Counted from the first letter of the stretch, positions 1 through 10,371 are shown. The stretch: DNA of 64,000 bases from Alphaproteobacteria bacterium (GCA_964291675.2 OZ219865.1:64001-128000); one strand, 5' to 3'. Notes: generated from the letters alone by a model not told the origin. Numbers and translations are program-made.

Positions 1-2
1 AG

Positions 3-83
3 CCCGACCCGAAGCAGCCGCAATTCATCAAGACCGTGCGCTCGGGCGGCTACGTCTTCACCCTGGAGGTGGAGCGGCGATGA
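3..83 (+). CDS. OmpR-family response regulator, C-terminal fragment (5' truncated by window)
   Basis: Frame from 3 reads PDPKQPQFIKTVRSGGYVFTLEVERR*, the typical winged-helix end; its stop overlaps the kinase ATG (ATGA). Confidence 0.85.
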   Translation, partial: PDPKQPQFIKTVRSGGYVFTLEVERR

Positions 84-1474
84 CCGGCGCCGTCGCGCGC
101 GGGCTGCGCCGTCTGTGGCCCGACACCGTGGCGGCGCGCATCGCGGTGATCCTGATGCTGGCGCTGTTCGCCTTTCTCGCGCTCAGCATGCTCGCCTATG
201 TCCGCGACCGGGCCGATGCGACGCTCCACCTGTTCGCCCATTCGGTGGCCGAGCGGATCGTCGCGACCGTGCGGCTGATGGAGGAGACGCCGGCCGCCGG
301 CCGCGAGCGGCTGCTCGCATCCATCGACAGCCCGACGCTCGGCGTCGCGCTGTCCCCGGAGCGGCCGTCATTCCCCGCCTCAGAGCCGGGCGTGGAGAGT
401 TTCGTGCGCCAGCATCTCGTGCCGGTGCTGGCGGGGCGGGAGCTCGTGGTTTCCATCCCCGAAGCCCGTCGCTGGCGCAGGGACCGGCGGCGCGGCGAGG
501 CCGGACCCGATCTGCTGCCGAGCCGCCGCAAGGCGGTCATCGCGGTCGGGCTCGGCGACGGATCGTGGGCGGTGTTCACCGCCGCGACCGAGATGACCTC
601 GCTCCGCTGGGCGGCGCGGATGGCGGGCTGGGTGGTGGCCGGCGGGCTGTTCGTGGTGCTGTTCGCCGCCTGGGTCTCGCGCCGGGTGACCCGGCCGGTG
701 CGCCGCTTCTCCGACGCCGCCGACCGGATCGGCCGCGACCTGTTCGCCGCGCCGCCTCTGCCCGAGACCGGATCGCCCGAGCTGCGCCGCGCCGCGCATA
801 CCTTCAACCGCATGCAGGACCGGCTGCGGCGGCTGGTCGAGGACCGCACGCTGATGCTGGCCGCGATCTCGCACGATCTCAGGACCGCGCTCACCCGGCT
901 CCGGCTCCGCGTCGAGTTCATCGGCGACGACGCCCAGCGCGCCCGCGCCGAGGGCGACGTGGCGGAGATGCGGGCGATGCTGGAAGCGACGCTTGCCTTC
1001 GCGCGCGGCGAGGCGGAGGAGGAGGCGCATCGCCCGGTCGACCTCGCATCGCTGGCGCAGACGCTGTGCGACAACGCGGCCGATGCCGGCGGCATCGCGC
1101 GCTATGGCGGGCCGGACCGCCTGGTGCTGAGCTGTCCGCCGGCGGCGATCCGCCGCGCGCTCGCCAATCTGATCGACAACGCCATCGCCTATGGCGGCGA
1201 GGCGGATGTCCGGCTCGCCGAGGACGAACGCGCCGTCCGCATCGCCGTCGCCGACCGCGGTCCCGGCATCCCGGAGGCCGAGCGCGAGACCGTGTTCCAG
1301 CCCTTCCGCCGGCTGGAGGCCTCGCGCAGCCGCGAAACCGGCGGCACCGGGCTCGGCCTCTCCATCGCGCGCAGCGCGGTCAGGCGCTGCGGCGGCGACA
1401 TCGCCCTCGGCGACCGGCAAGGCGGCGGTCTCGAAGCCGTCGTGACCCTGCCCAAGCCGGATGCCGGGCGCTGA
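80..1474 (+). CDS. EnvZ-like membrane sensor histidine kinase (2 TM, HAMP, HisKA, HATPase)
   Basis: AISHDLRTALTRL H-box, NLIDNA N-box, DRGPGIP, GGTGLGLSI. Confidence 0.93.
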   Translation: MTGAVARGLRRLWPDTVAARIAVILMLALFAFLALSMLAYVRDRADATLHLFAHSVAERIVATVRLMEETPAAGRERLLASIDSPTLGVALSPERPSFPASEPGVESFVRQHLVPVLAGRELVVSIPEARRWRRDRRRGEAGPDLLPSRRKAVIAVGLGDGSWAVFTAATEMTSLRWAARMAGWVVAGGLFVVLFAAWVSRRVTRPVRRFSDAADRIGRDLFAAPPLPETGSPELRRAAHTFNRMQDRLRRLVEDRTLMLAAISHDLRTALTRLRLRVEFIGDDAQRARAEGDVAEMRAMLEATLAFARGEAEEEAHRPVDLASLAQTLCDNAADAGGIARYGGPDRLVLSCPPAAIRRALANLIDNAIAYGGEADVRLAEDERAVRIAVADRGPGIPEAERETVFQPFRRLEASRSRETGGTGLGLSIARSAVRRCGGDIALGDRQGGGLEAVVTLPKPDAGR

Positions 1475-1482
1475 CGCGCGCG

Positions 1483-2346
1483 CTACTTCTCCGCCGCGAT
1501 CGGGTTGGACAGCACGCCGATGCCCTCGATCTCGATCTCGCAGGTATCGCCGGGCTTCATGAAGATCGGCGGCTTGCGCACGAAGCCGACGCCGGCGGGC
1601 GTGCCGGTGACGATGATGTCGCCGGATTCGAGGGAGAAGATCTTGCTGCACTCGTTGACCAGCGTCGCCACGTCGAAAATCATCGACGAGGTGGTCGCGG
1701 ATTGCAGCGTCTCGCCGTTCAGCCGCGCCTCGATCTTCAGCCCCTTGGCGCCCTTGTTGGGCAGCTCGTCGGGGGTGACGATCTCCGGGCCGAACGAGCC
1801 CGATGCGTCGAAGCTCTTGCCGATCATCCACTGCGAGGTCTTCATCTGGTAGTCGCGGATCGACCCCTCGTTGGCGACCGAGTAGCCGGCGACGTGGTCG
1901 AGCGCGCGCGCCTTGGCGATGCGGCGGCCGGGCTTGCCGATCACCGCGACGAGCTCGGCCTCGTAGTCGTGGTGCCTGGACGCCTTGGGCCGCAGGATTG
2001 GCTGGCCGTGGCCGACCAGCGAGGCCGGGGTGCGCAGGAACAGCACCGGGTATTCGGGCGGCTTCATGCCGGCCTCGGCCGCGTGGTCGCTGTAGTTGAG
2101 CCCGACGCAGATCACCTTGCCCGGGTTGGGGACCGGCGGCAGGTAGCTGACCCGCCGCTTGATCGAGCCTTCCGGCGGCTTGCGGGCCGCCCGCGCGGCC
2201 CTCGCCAGCGCCCTGTCGCCGCCCGCCAGCAGACCGATCATGTCCCGCGGCAGGCTCTCGTCCGCGACCGAGAGATCGACGATGCCCCCGTCGGTGTGCA
2301 CGCCAATCGCGCTGCCGCGGCCCTTCTTGAAAGTCACCAAACGCAT
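1483..2346 (-). CDS. Fumarylacetoacetate hydrolase family protein
   Basis: KVICVGLNYSDH, DYEAELVAVIG, GDIIVTGTPAGVG; start moved to MRLVTF at 2346, with a GAGGAG RBS. Confidence 0.92.
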   Translation of the reverse strand: MRLVTFKKGRGSAIGVHTDGGIVDLSVADESLPRDMIGLLAGGDRALARAARAARKPPEGSIKRRVSYLPPVPNPGKVICVGLNYSDHAAEAGMKPPEYPVLFLRTPASLVGHGQPILRPKASRHHDYEAELVAVIGKPGRRIAKARALDHVAGYSVANEGSIRDYQMKTSQWMIGKSFDASGSFGPEIVTPDELPNKGAKGLKIEARLNGETLQSATTSSMIFDVATLVNECSKIFSLESGDIIVTGTPAGVGFVRKPPIFMKPGDTCEIEIEGIGVLSNPIAAEK

Positions 2347-2390
2347 AGGTCTCTCCTCGCAGTTGCGCCGGATGCCGCAACGGCAGCCGG

Positions 2391-3095
2391 CTAGTTCTCG
2401 GGATCCCCGTCGGTGAGGTAATCCCACATCCGCTCGAAAATCCGGCCCGTGCCGGTCGCCCGCGCCCGGGCGTCGTCGAGCGGTATCTCGACCGGTTCGG
2501 CGTTGCCGCCGACCGCCAGCACGGCAAGCTCGGTGCGCGCGGCCTCCTCCAGATAGAAGGCCATCACGATGCTCTCCTCGACCGTGGCCCCGGTCAGGAT
2601 CGCGCCGTTGCCGCGCATGACGACCGCCCGCGACGGGCCCAGGCAGTCCGCGAGCCGCGCCGCCGCCTCGTCCGAGCGCAGCAGCGCCGGGTCGTCCCAC
2701 AGCGCCGGTCCGGGCGCGAAGTAGCAGCCGAAGCCGTGCCGCGCGCGCGGCACCAGACGGAAGGCCGAGAGCGTCATGGTCTCGCGCAAGAAGGTGCGGC
2801 AGATGCCGTTCACGTCCGCGCGGCGGCGGTAGATCTGCTGGTGGCAGCGCACCTCGCCGAGCACGCCGTCGGGCAGCGCGCCCTCGATCGGCACCACCGA
2901 TCCCGGCTCGCCCGGGCCGATGAGCCCCATCGGCTTCGCCGCGCAGACCAGGAAGCGGTCGCCGTCGAGCCGGGCGCTGACATGGCCGTAGGCGTGGCCG
3001 AGACCGTGCCTCGCGAGCGCCCGCGCCGCCTTGCGCACGCGGATCTGCGTCGCTTCCAGCGGCTCGCCGATGCTGCCGAATTCGGTCTCAGCCAA
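2391..3095 (-). CDS. Class II aldolase/adducin family protein, CmtD-like ring-fission-product decarboxylase
   Basis: AYGHVSAR, EVRCHQQIYRRR, VVMRGNGA; adjacent to a CmtC-like dioxygenase; TTG start uncertain. Confidence 0.8.
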   Translation of the reverse strand: MAETEFGSIGEPLEATQIRVRKAARALARHGLGHAYGHVSARLDGDRFLVCAAKPMGLIGPGEPGSVVPIEGALPDGVLGEVRCHQQIYRRRADVNGICRTFLRETMTLSAFRLVPRARHGFGCYFAPGPALWDDPALLRSDEAAARLADCLGPSRAVVMRGNGAILTGATVEESIVMAFYLEEAARTELAVLAVGGNAEPVEIPLDDARARATGTGRIFERMWDYLTDGDPEN

Positions 3096-3131
3096 GAAGC
3101 GCCCTCGCGCCGGATCTGCGACCGCCGGGGA

Positions 3132-3986
3132 TCAGCTCTGGAACTCCGCGATGTCCGGCTTCGAGCCCCACATGCAGAGCGAGGAATCGTCGAACGGGAA
3201 TTGCCGCGGCCGGTAGTCCGGGTCCTCGATCAGCCGCACCCCGTGGGAGTATTCGTAGACCATCCGGTCCGGCCCCTCGAAATAGAGGAAGCGGGCGCCC
3301 GAGGTCGGATGGCGGCCGGGGCCGAAGACGATCCGCACCTGGCGTTCGGTCAGGAAGTAATGCGAGCGCATGATGTCGTCGACGCTCTCGACCTGGAAGT
3401 TGATGTGCTGCACCCCGGCCTCCCTCGCCGGGAACAGGGCGAGGCGGTGATGCACCTTGTCGAAGGACATCAGCGCCGCATCGCCGATCCAGTCATTGGC
3501 GCGGATGTTGAAATGCGCCGTCCAGAACGCCTCGTCGCGCGGCGCGTCGGTGGTCTTGAGCCCGACATGGGAGAATTCCTGGATGCCCGCGTCGCGGCCC
3601 GGGAAGTAGCGTATGCCGCTGTGGAACGGGCGCAGCACGAGGTCGATGCTGTTGCCGGTCGGGTCGCGGAAATTGACGTAATCCGTCACCCGGCGGCGGG
3701 CCGCGTCCTGCGGCGAGCCGCGGGTGACCGCCACCCCGGCGGCGCCGAGCTCGGCGGCGGCACGATCCAGCATCTCGGCGTTCCCCACCTCGAAGCCGAG
3801 GGTGTGGTCGTCGGGCGCGCCGTCGAAATAGCAGATGTTGTGGTCCCGGTCGTCGCCGCGCACATAGGCCGCGCCGTTGTCACGCCGCACCAGCTCGAGG
3901 CCCAGCGTCTCGGTCGCGAACCTCACCGCCGCGTCGATGTCGCCCGTGCCCAGGCGCACATACCGGATGTCGACGAGCTCGATCAT
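3132..3986 (-). CDS. VOC-fold extradiol dioxygenase, CmtC-like (2,3-dihydroxy-p-cumate / 2,3-dihydroxybenzoate 3,4-dioxygenase type)
   Basis: MIELVDIRYVRLGT N-terminus, FSHVGL, HHRLAL, QHINFQV, FGPGRHPTSGARFLYF, YEY metal ligands. Confidence 0.85.
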   Translation of the reverse strand: MIELVDIRYVRLGTGDIDAAVRFATETLGLELVRRDNGAAYVRGDDRDHNICYFDGAPDDHTLGFEVGNAEMLDRAAAELGAAGVAVTRGSPQDAARRRVTDYVNFRDPTGNSIDLVLRPFHSGIRYFPGRDAGIQEFSHVGLKTTDAPRDEAFWTAHFNIRANDWIGDAALMSFDKVHHRLALFPAREAGVQHINFQVESVDDIMRSHYFLTERQVRIVFGPGRHPTSGARFLYFEGPDRMVYEYSHGVRLIEDPDYRPRQFPFDDSSLCMWGSKPDIAEFQS

Positions 3987-4070
3987 GGATCACCTCGCAA
4001 TGCGGCGCTTCTCGCGGACGTCGCCATGATACCCGCGCCCCTTCAGCGTTCAATCCGCTCGGCGCCCGCC

Positions 4071-5204
4071 CTAGACCAGGCGCACCACCTCCCCCGACCC
4101 GGTCCTGCCGAAGCGCCTGAGGAAGCCGAGGGTCGACAGCGTCGGCTCGTCGCTGACGACGAACAGGATCGCGTCCTCGCTGTCCGAGCCGTTGACGTGC
4201 TCGAACCAGGAATTGCCGGGCACGGCGATGGCGTCGAACCGCTGCCAGTCGAGCCGTTCGCCGTCGACGATGGAATGGCCGCTGCCCTCGAAGGGGAAGC
4301 AGACCAGGCTCGCGTTCTGGCGCTGCGCCCGGGTGCGCTCGCCGGGGCGGAGCAGCTGGCCGAAGAAGGTCATGGTGGGGTAGGGGGGCCGGCCCGTCGT
4401 CGGGTCGATATATTCCACCGAGATCGCGTCATACGGGCTGCCCTCGTGGTCGCGGAACTTCTCCAGCAGCTCGCGCGTCGCGTCCCAGCGATAGACATAC
4501 ATCGGCGACGAGCGCCCGGCGCCGCGGCCGTGGTCGACGAAGCGCGGCAGCAGGCCGCCCGTGCCGTAGACCCGCGACGAGTGGTCGTCGGCGAAGCGGG
4601 CCGTCTGCTCGCTCTTCGCGACGCCGTCCTCCTCGTAGCGGTGCTCGAAGCCGGCGGCGTTCAAGACCTCGGTCAGCGGCAGGTCGAGCACGCTGACATT
4701 GACCGCGAAATCGTCGCCGTGGTTGCCGTGGTTGTGCCATGCATCCGCCGGGGTCAGCACCAGGTCGCCCGGGCCGAAGACGATGTCCTCGCCCTCGACG
4801 CCGGTAAAATTGCTGGCGCCCGTCAGCCCGATCCGCACCGCGTTGATCGAGTGCCGGTGCGGCGGCATGATCTCGCGCGGGTCGTTGAGCCGGTAGGCGG
4901 TATAGAGCGTGGTGACCGTCGCCCGCACCGGGGCGAGGCCGGGATTGACCAGGACCACCGAGCGGCGCTCGGAATCGTCCATCGTGATCAACTCGGCCGC
5001 TTCATAGAGAATCGGCTCGATATCTTCGTATTTCCAGACATAGGGCCGCGCCTTCCCGGCCTTCAGGATCTGCGCGTCCTCGTCGTTGTCGGTATCGGTG
5101 CGGACCGCCCAGTAGGGCGCCATGTCGTGCGCGTCGAGCCGCTGGTAAAGCGCATCGAGGCGCGCGTCCCGGTTGGAGCCGGTTGCCGGTTCTGCGGTGG
5201 CCAT
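4071..5204 (-). CDS. Bicupin gentisate 1,2-dioxygenase-like ring-cleaving dioxygenase
   Basis: ERRSVVLVNPG, PPHRHS, GDLVLTP..WHNHGN, YIDPTTG; start set at MATAEP. Confidence 0.85.
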   Translation of the reverse strand: MATAEPATGSNRDARLDALYQRLDAHDMAPYWAVRTDTDNDEDAQILKAGKARPYVWKYEDIEPILYEAAELITMDDSERRSVVLVNPGLAPVRATVTTLYTAYRLNDPREIMPPHRHSINAVRIGLTGASNFTGVEGEDIVFGPGDLVLTPADAWHNHGNHGDDFAVNVSVLDLPLTEVLNAAGFEHRYEEDGVAKSEQTARFADDHSSRVYGTGGLLPRFVDHGRGAGRSSPMYVYRWDATRELLEKFRDHEGSPYDAISVEYIDPTTGRPPYPTMTFFGQLLRPGERTRAQRQNASLVCFPFEGSGHSIVDGERLDWQRFDAIAVPGNSWFEHVNGSDSEDAILFVVSDEPTLSTLGFLRRFGRTGSGEVVRLV

Positions 5205-5245
5205 GGCTTCTCCTCCCAGCCTGTGTTCGCTTGCGGACCCGCGCG

Positions 5246-6067
5246 TCAGACCGCGGTCTCGTGGCGCTCCACGCAGACCGCGACCACCTCGTCGGGGTCG
5301 CGCTTCCACCAGTTGTCGGCGGAGAATATCTCGACTTCGTTCATGCCGTCATAGCCCGCCCGCTCGACCAGCCCGCGGATGCGCGGGATGTCCACCACCC
5401 CGTCGCCCATCATCCCCCGGTCGAACACGCGGTCCCTGGTGTCGGCGAGCCAGTCGTTGACGTGGAAGGCGAGGATGCGCCGGCCGGCGCGGGCGATCTC
5501 CTCGTCGAGCGCCGGGTCCCACCAGACGTGGTAGACGTCCACCGCCACGCCCACCCCCTCGCCGAGCGCATCGCAGAGATCGTTGGCGAGCCTGAGCGTG
5601 GTCACGCAGCCGCGGTCGGCGCAGGTCATCGGGTGCATCGGCTCGATGGCGAGCGCCACCCCGGCGGCGCGCGCCGCCGGCAGGATCGCGGCGATGCCGT
5701 CGGCCACCCGGGCGCGGGCGCCGACGAGGTCCTTCGAGCCCGGCGCCAGCCCGCCCGCGACCAGGACCAGGGCGCGCGCGCCGATCGCCGCGGCCTCCTC
5801 GACGGCCCTCAGATTGTCGTCGATTGCGGCTTGCCAGCCCGACCCGTCCGCGCCGCCGAACATGCCGCCCCGGCACAGCCCGGTGACCGTCATCCCGTGA
5901 TCGCCGAGCAGGGAGACGGCATCGGCGACGCCGCATTCGGCGAGCTTGTCGCGCCACACCGAGATGCCGCGCACGCCGTGGCGCGCGTAGCCCTCGACGG
6001 CCTCGCGCAGGGTCCACTGGTCGCGCGTGGTGACCTGGTTGATCGCGAGCTTCTCGATGCCCGGCAT
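5246..6067 (-). CDS. Sugar phosphate isomerase/epimerase (IolE/xylose isomerase-like TIM barrel)
   Basis: LAIEPMHP, DVYHVWWDP, FHVNDW, DRGMMGDG, EVEIFS. Confidence 0.9.
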   Translation of the reverse strand: MPGIEKLAINQVTTRDQWTLREAVEGYARHGVRGISVWRDKLAECGVADAVSLLGDHGMTVTGLCRGGMFGGADGSGWQAAIDDNLRAVEEAAAIGARALVLVAGGLAPGSKDLVGARARVADGIAAILPAARAAGVALAIEPMHPMTCADRGCVTTLRLANDLCDALGEGVGVAVDVYHVWWDPALDEEIARAGRRILAFHVNDWLADTRDRVFDRGMMGDGVVDIPRIRGLVERAGYDGMNEVEIFSADNWWKRDPDEVVAVCVERHETAV

Positions 6068-7233
6068 CAGGCGGCGATCCCGTATAGCCGCATGGTGTCG
6101 CGCATGCGCCCGGCGGCGAGCTCGGGATCGGGGAGCAGCCCGGCCCGGTCGGCGAGGCGGAAGATCTCGGCGAGGTGGACGGCCGAGCGCGCGCCCTGCT
6201 GCCCGCCCACCATGACGAAATGGTCCTGCAGCCCGCCGAGATAGGCCATGAACACGACGCCTGTCTTGTAGAACCGGGTCGGCGCCCGGAAGATGTGGCG
6301 CGACAGCGCCACGGTCGGCGCGAGGATGGTACGGAAATCCTCCGCCCGGTTGCCCGCCAGCGCCGCGAGCGCGGCCGAGGCGGCCGGCGCGATGGCATCG
6401 AAAATGCCGAGCAGCGCGTCCGAATACCCCTCCTCGTCGCCCTCGATCAGCTCGGGGTAGTTGAAGTCGTCGCCGGTATACATGCGCACGCCGTCGGGCA
6501 GACGGCGGCGCAGCGCGATCTCCTTGTCCTTGTCGAGCAGCGAGATCTTGATCCCGTCCACCCTGGCCGCGTTGGCCTCGATCGCCGCGAGACAGGTCTC
6601 CATCGCCGGCCAGTGGTCGTCATGCCCCCAATAGCCGGCGAGCGCCGGGTCGAACATCTCGCCCAGCCAGTGGACGATGACCGGCTCGGCGACCTGCGAC
6701 AGGATCCGGTCATAGACCCGGGCGTAGTCCTCCGGACCCCGCGCGGCGGCGGCGAGCGCGCGCGAGGCCATCAGGACGATCCGCCCGCCCGCCGCCTCGA
6801 CCGCGCCGCATTGCTCCTCATAGGCCGCGATCACGTCTTCGATGGCGAGATCCGGGTCGGGCGCGACATGGTCGGTGCCGGCGCCCGAGGCGACCACGGC
6901 GCCCGGCGTGTCCCGGGCCTCGGCGACGCTGCGGCGGATCAGCTCGAGCGAGGTCTCCCAGTCGAGCCCCATGCCGCGCTGGGCGGTGTCCATCGCCTCG
7001 GCGACGCCGAGGCCGAGCCGCCAGAGATGGCGGCGGAAGGCGAGCGTGGCCTCCCAGTCGATCGCCGGTTCGAGCCACGGGTCGTTGTCGGCCAGCGGGT
7101 CGGCGACGACATGCGCCGCGGCGAAGGCGACCCGGTTGAACGGGCGCTTCGGCGGTTCGACGGCCGCGCGCGGCGCGCCCATCTCGAAGGGCACGATCCT
7201 GCCGTCGGCGGTCGGCAGGCCGACGGTCGTCAT
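6067..7233 (-). CDS. DUF993 / DHDPS-like TIM-barrel protein
   Basis: RVAFAAAHVVADP, AEAMDTAQRGMGLDW, YTGDDFNYPELI; start MTTVGL overlaps the upstream stop. Confidence 0.88.
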   Translation of the reverse strand: MTTVGLPTADGRIVPFEMGAPRAAVEPPKRPFNRVAFAAAHVVADPLADNDPWLEPAIDWEATLAFRRHLWRLGLGVAEAMDTAQRGMGLDWETSLELIRRSVAEARDTPGAVVASGAGTDHVAPDPDLAIEDVIAAYEEQCGAVEAAGGRIVLMASRALAAAARGPEDYARVYDRILSQVAEPVIVHWLGEMFDPALAGYWGHDDHWPAMETCLAAIEANAARVDGIKISLLDKDKEIALRRRLPDGVRMYTGDDFNYPELIEGDEEGYSDALLGIFDAIAPAASAALAALAGNRAEDFRTILAPTVALSRHIFRAPTRFYKTGVVFMAYLGGLQDHFVMVGGQQGARSAVHLAEIFRLADRAGLLPDPELAAGRMRDTMRLYGIAA

Positions 7234-8387
7234 GCCGGCGCCTCCAGCGGCTCGACGTCGATCCAGCGCCGCTCCTCCCAGCTCTGCATCGCGCGCTCGG
7301 CGAGCTGCACGCCCTTGGCGCCCTCCAGCAGGTTCCAGGTGAACGGGCCGTCGTCGTAGAGCGAGCGGATGAACATCTCCCATTCGGTCCTGAAACCGTT
7401 GTCGAAGGAGAGGTCGGCGCCGTACTCCCGCCAGGTGCCGAAGAAGTCGATGGTCTGCGGCTCGTCGGGGTTCCAGACCGGCGAGGGCGTCGCATCGCGG
7501 TCCTGGACGAAGCAGCGCGTCAGCCCCGACACCGCCGCGCCGAGCGCCCCGTCGGCGTGGAAGGTCACCAGATCGTCCTTGCGCACCCGGGTGCACCAGG
7601 AGGCGAAGATCTGGGCGACGGCGCCGCCTTCCAGCTCGATCAGCGCGCAGGACGCATCGTCGGCATCGGCGTCGTAGGGCTCGCCGTCCTCGTCCCAGCG
7701 CCTGTCGAAATTGACCGCGCCCCGGCAGACCACGCTCTTCACCTTGCCGAACACGTTGTCCAGCACGTAGCGCCAGTGCGGCATCATGTCGAGGATGATC
7801 CCGCCGGCATCGGCCTTGCGGTAGTTCCAGGACGGGCGCTGCGCCGGCCGCCAGTCGCCCTCGAACACCCAGTAGCCGAAATCGATCTTGACCGAGAGCA
7901 GCCGGCCGAGGACGCCGTCGTCGATCAGCCGCTTCATCTTGAGCAGGCCGGGGAGGAAGATCTTGTCCTGCACGACGCCGTGGCGGATGCCCGCCTTTTC
8001 GGCGCGGCGCCAGACGTCGAGCGCGTCCTCCAGCGTCGCCGCCGACGGCTTCTCGCAGTAGATGTGCTTGCCCGCGTCGATGGCTTTGCGCAGGATCCCG
8101 GCGCGATGGACGGTGCTCGCGGTATCGAAGAACAGCGGATAGTCGGGGTCCCGGATGGCCGCGTCGAGATCGGTCGTCCACTTGTCGTAGCCGTGCGCCG
8201 CGGCGAGCGCGGCGAGCTTGTCTTCGCTGCGCCCGACGAACAGCGGGTCGGGCACGATCCGCCGCCCGTCGCTCAACGCCACGCCGCCGTCCTCGCGGAT
8301 CTTCTTGATCGAGCGGATGAGGTGCTGGTTGGTGCCCATCCGGCCGCTGACGCCGTTCATCGCCACGCCGAGACGTATGTCGGCCAT
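7230..8387 (-). CDS. Gfo/Idh/MocA family NAD(P)-dependent oxidoreductase
   Basis: NGVSGRMGTNQHL, GKHIYCEKP, QRPSWNYRK, GGIILDM; start MADIRL. Confidence 0.92.
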   Translation of the reverse strand: MADIRLGVAMNGVSGRMGTNQHLIRSIKKIREDGGVALSDGRRIVPDPLFVGRSEDKLAALAAAHGYDKWTTDLDAAIRDPDYPLFFDTASTVHRAGILRKAIDAGKHIYCEKPSAATLEDALDVWRRAEKAGIRHGVVQDKIFLPGLLKMKRLIDDGVLGRLLSVKIDFGYWVFEGDWRPAQRPSWNYRKADAGGIILDMMPHWRYVLDNVFGKVKSVVCRGAVNFDRRWDEDGEPYDADADDASCALIELEGGAVAQIFASWCTRVRKDDLVTFHADGALGAAVSGLTRCFVQDRDATPSPVWNPDEPQTIDFFGTWREYGADLSFDNGFRTEWEMFIRSLYDDGPFTWNLLEGAKGVQLAERAMQSWEERRWIDVEPLEAPA

Positions 8388-8455
8388 GCGAGCCTCCCGG
8401 TCTGCCCGGCGAAGGATCGCCCATCGGGGCGCGCAGATCAAACCTGGCCTCGGCG

Positions 8456-9262
8456 ATGAGCCTGCCCGAGATCCCCGAATCCGAAGCCGCCGGGCGTACC
8501 GCCGAGATCTATCGCGCGATCCTGGCGGCCACGGGCCTGCCCTCGACGAATCTGGTGTGGCGGCACATGGCGAGCCGTCCCGGCGTGCTCGAATGGGCCT
8601 ATGACGCCCTGGAGGCGGCGTTTTCGGCCGGTGCCTTCCGCGCCCTCGGCGCCGAAATCGCAGCCGCGATGCCGCCCGCCCCGATGCGGCCGCTGGCGGG
8701 ATCGGAGGGCCTGGACCGCGCGACCCTGGAGCGGGCCGCGTCCGTGATGGCGTTCTACAACCGTGCCAACCCGGTCAACCTGGTCGCGCTTTGCGCGCTG
8801 CGCCGCGCGCTGGCGGGCGAAACCTCCGAGGCCGACATCCCTCCGGCATTGCCGGCCGGCGATCGGCTGCCCGCGCTGCCGGCGGTCGCCCGCGACGTGG
8901 ATTCGGAGACCCGGGCCCGCATGGCGTCGATGGCGCGAACGATCAACGATACCGACAGCGCGCTGATGCCGACCGCGCTGCGTCATCTGGCCAACTGGCC
9001 GCCGGTCCTAGCGGCGCTCGACCGCCGGGTCGAGGCGCTCGCGGCCTCGGGCGCGCTCGACGCGGGCGCCGCGGCGATCCTGGAGCGCGCGGAGGCGGCG
9101 GCGCGGCGCATCCCGCTGAAATCCCCCGGGTCGGGAGAGCCGGGGGCGGAGACGAGGGATGCGCTCGAAGCCACGATCGACCTCTTCGTCCGGCCGATCT
9201 CGCGCATGATCGTCGTCGGGCGCGGGTTCGAGGCGGCGATCCGGGCGGCGCCGGACCGGTGA
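8456..9262 (+). CDS. DehI-like (group I haloacid dehalogenase fold) helical protein
   Basis: [24 protein letters not shown] and a second-half repeat (LRHLANWP) typical of the DehI internal duplication. Confidence 0.55.
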   Translation: MSLPEIPESEAAGRTAEIYRAILAATGLPSTNLVWRHMASRPGVLEWAYDALEAAFSAGAFRALGAEIAAAMPPAPMRPLAGSEGLDRATLERAASVMAFYNRANPVNLVALCALRRALAGETSEADIPPALPAGDRLPALPAVARDVDSETRARMASMARTINDTDSALMPTALRHLANWPPVLAALDRRVEALAASGALDAGAAAILERAEAAARRIPLKSPGSGEPGAETRDALEATIDLFVRPISRMIVVGRGFEAAIRAAPDR

Positions 9263-10371
9263 CCGAGCGGGTCGAATGCGCGGTGATCGGGGCCGGGGTG
9301 ATCGGCCTCGCCGTCGCGCGCCGCCTCGCCCTGGCCGGCATCGAGGTGGTGATCCTCGAACGCGCCGAGGCGATCGGCACCGAGACCAGCTCGCGCAACA
9401 GCGAGATCGTCCATGCCGGCATCTACTACCCGACCGGCAGCCTGAAGGCGCGGAGCTGCGTCGCCGGCAAGCACGCGCTCTACGACTATTGCGCGGCGAA
9501 CGGCATCGCGCACCGGCGCTGCGGCAAGATCGTCGTCGCCACCGAGGACGGCCAGGTGGACGAGCTCGCTGCGCTGAAGGAGAGAGCGGCGGCGAACGGG
9601 GTCGACGACCTCGCCTGGCTCACCCCGTCCGAGGTGGCGGAAATGGAGCCGGCGGTCCGTTGCGTGGCGGCGCTGCACTCGCCCTCGACCGGGATCGTCG
9701 ATTCGCACGGCCTCATGCTGTCCTTCCAGGGCGAGGCCGAGGCGTGCGGAGCGATGATCGCCTACCACGCGCCGGTCGCCGGCGGCCGGGTCGAGGACGA
9801 CGGCATCGTGGTCGATGTCGGCGGCGAGACGCCGATGGCGCTGAAGGCGGACCGGCTGGTGAACGCGGCCGGACTCTGGGCGCCCGCGATCGCGCGGACC
9901 GTCGCCGGGCTCGATCCGGCGAGCGTGCCCGGCGACTATCTCTGCAAGGGCAACTACTACACGCTGGCCGGGAGGTCGCCCTTCACCCGCCCGGTCTACC
10001 CGGTGCCCGAGAAGGCCGGGCTCGGCGTCCACGTCACGGTCGATCTCGCGGGGCAGGCCCGGTTCGGGCCGGATGTCGAGTGGATCGATTCGATCGACTA
10101 CGACGTCGATCCGGGCCGGGCGGATGCGTTCTACGCGGCGATCCGGCGCTACTGGCCGGGTCTGCCGGACGGCGCGATCCAGGCGGGCTATGCCGGGATC
10201 CGGCCCAAGCTCCAGGCGCCGGGCGAGCCGGCCGCCGATTTCGTCGTCCAGGGCCCGTCGGTGCACGGCATCGACGGGCTGGTCAATCTTTACGGCATCG
10301 AATCGCCCGGGCTGACCGCCTCGCTCGCGCTCGCCGACATGGTGGCGGAAATTTTGTCGGGCAAGTATTGA
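9259..10371 (+). CDS. L-2-hydroxyglutarate oxidase (LhgO)-like FAD oxidoreductase
   Basis: [47 protein letters not shown]; GTG start overlaps the upstream TGA. Confidence 0.9.
   Translation: MTERVECAVIGAGVIGLAVARRLALAGIEVVILERAEAIGTETSSRNSEIVHAGIYYPTGSLKARSCVAGKHALYDYCAANGIAHRRCGKIVVATEDGQVDELAALKERAAANGVDDLAWLTPSEVAEMEPAVRCVAALHSPSTGIVDSHGLMLSFQGEAEACGAMIAYHAPVAGGRVEDDGIVVDVGGETPMALKADRLVNAAGLWAPAIARTVAGLDPASVPGDYLCKGNYYTLAGRSPFTRPVYPVPEKAGLGVHVTVDLAGQARFGPDVEWIDSIDYDVDPGRADAFYAAIRRYWPGLPDGAIQAGYAGIRPKLQAPGEPAADFVVQGPSVHGIDGLVNLYGIESPGLTASLALADMVAEILSGKY

Noticed and set aside
6067-8424. 785-aa ORF suggesting an N-terminally extended DUF993 protein
   Set aside because: The extension is an off-frame read through the Gfo/Idh/MocA gene; the real start at 7233 has an RBS and a stop/start overlap
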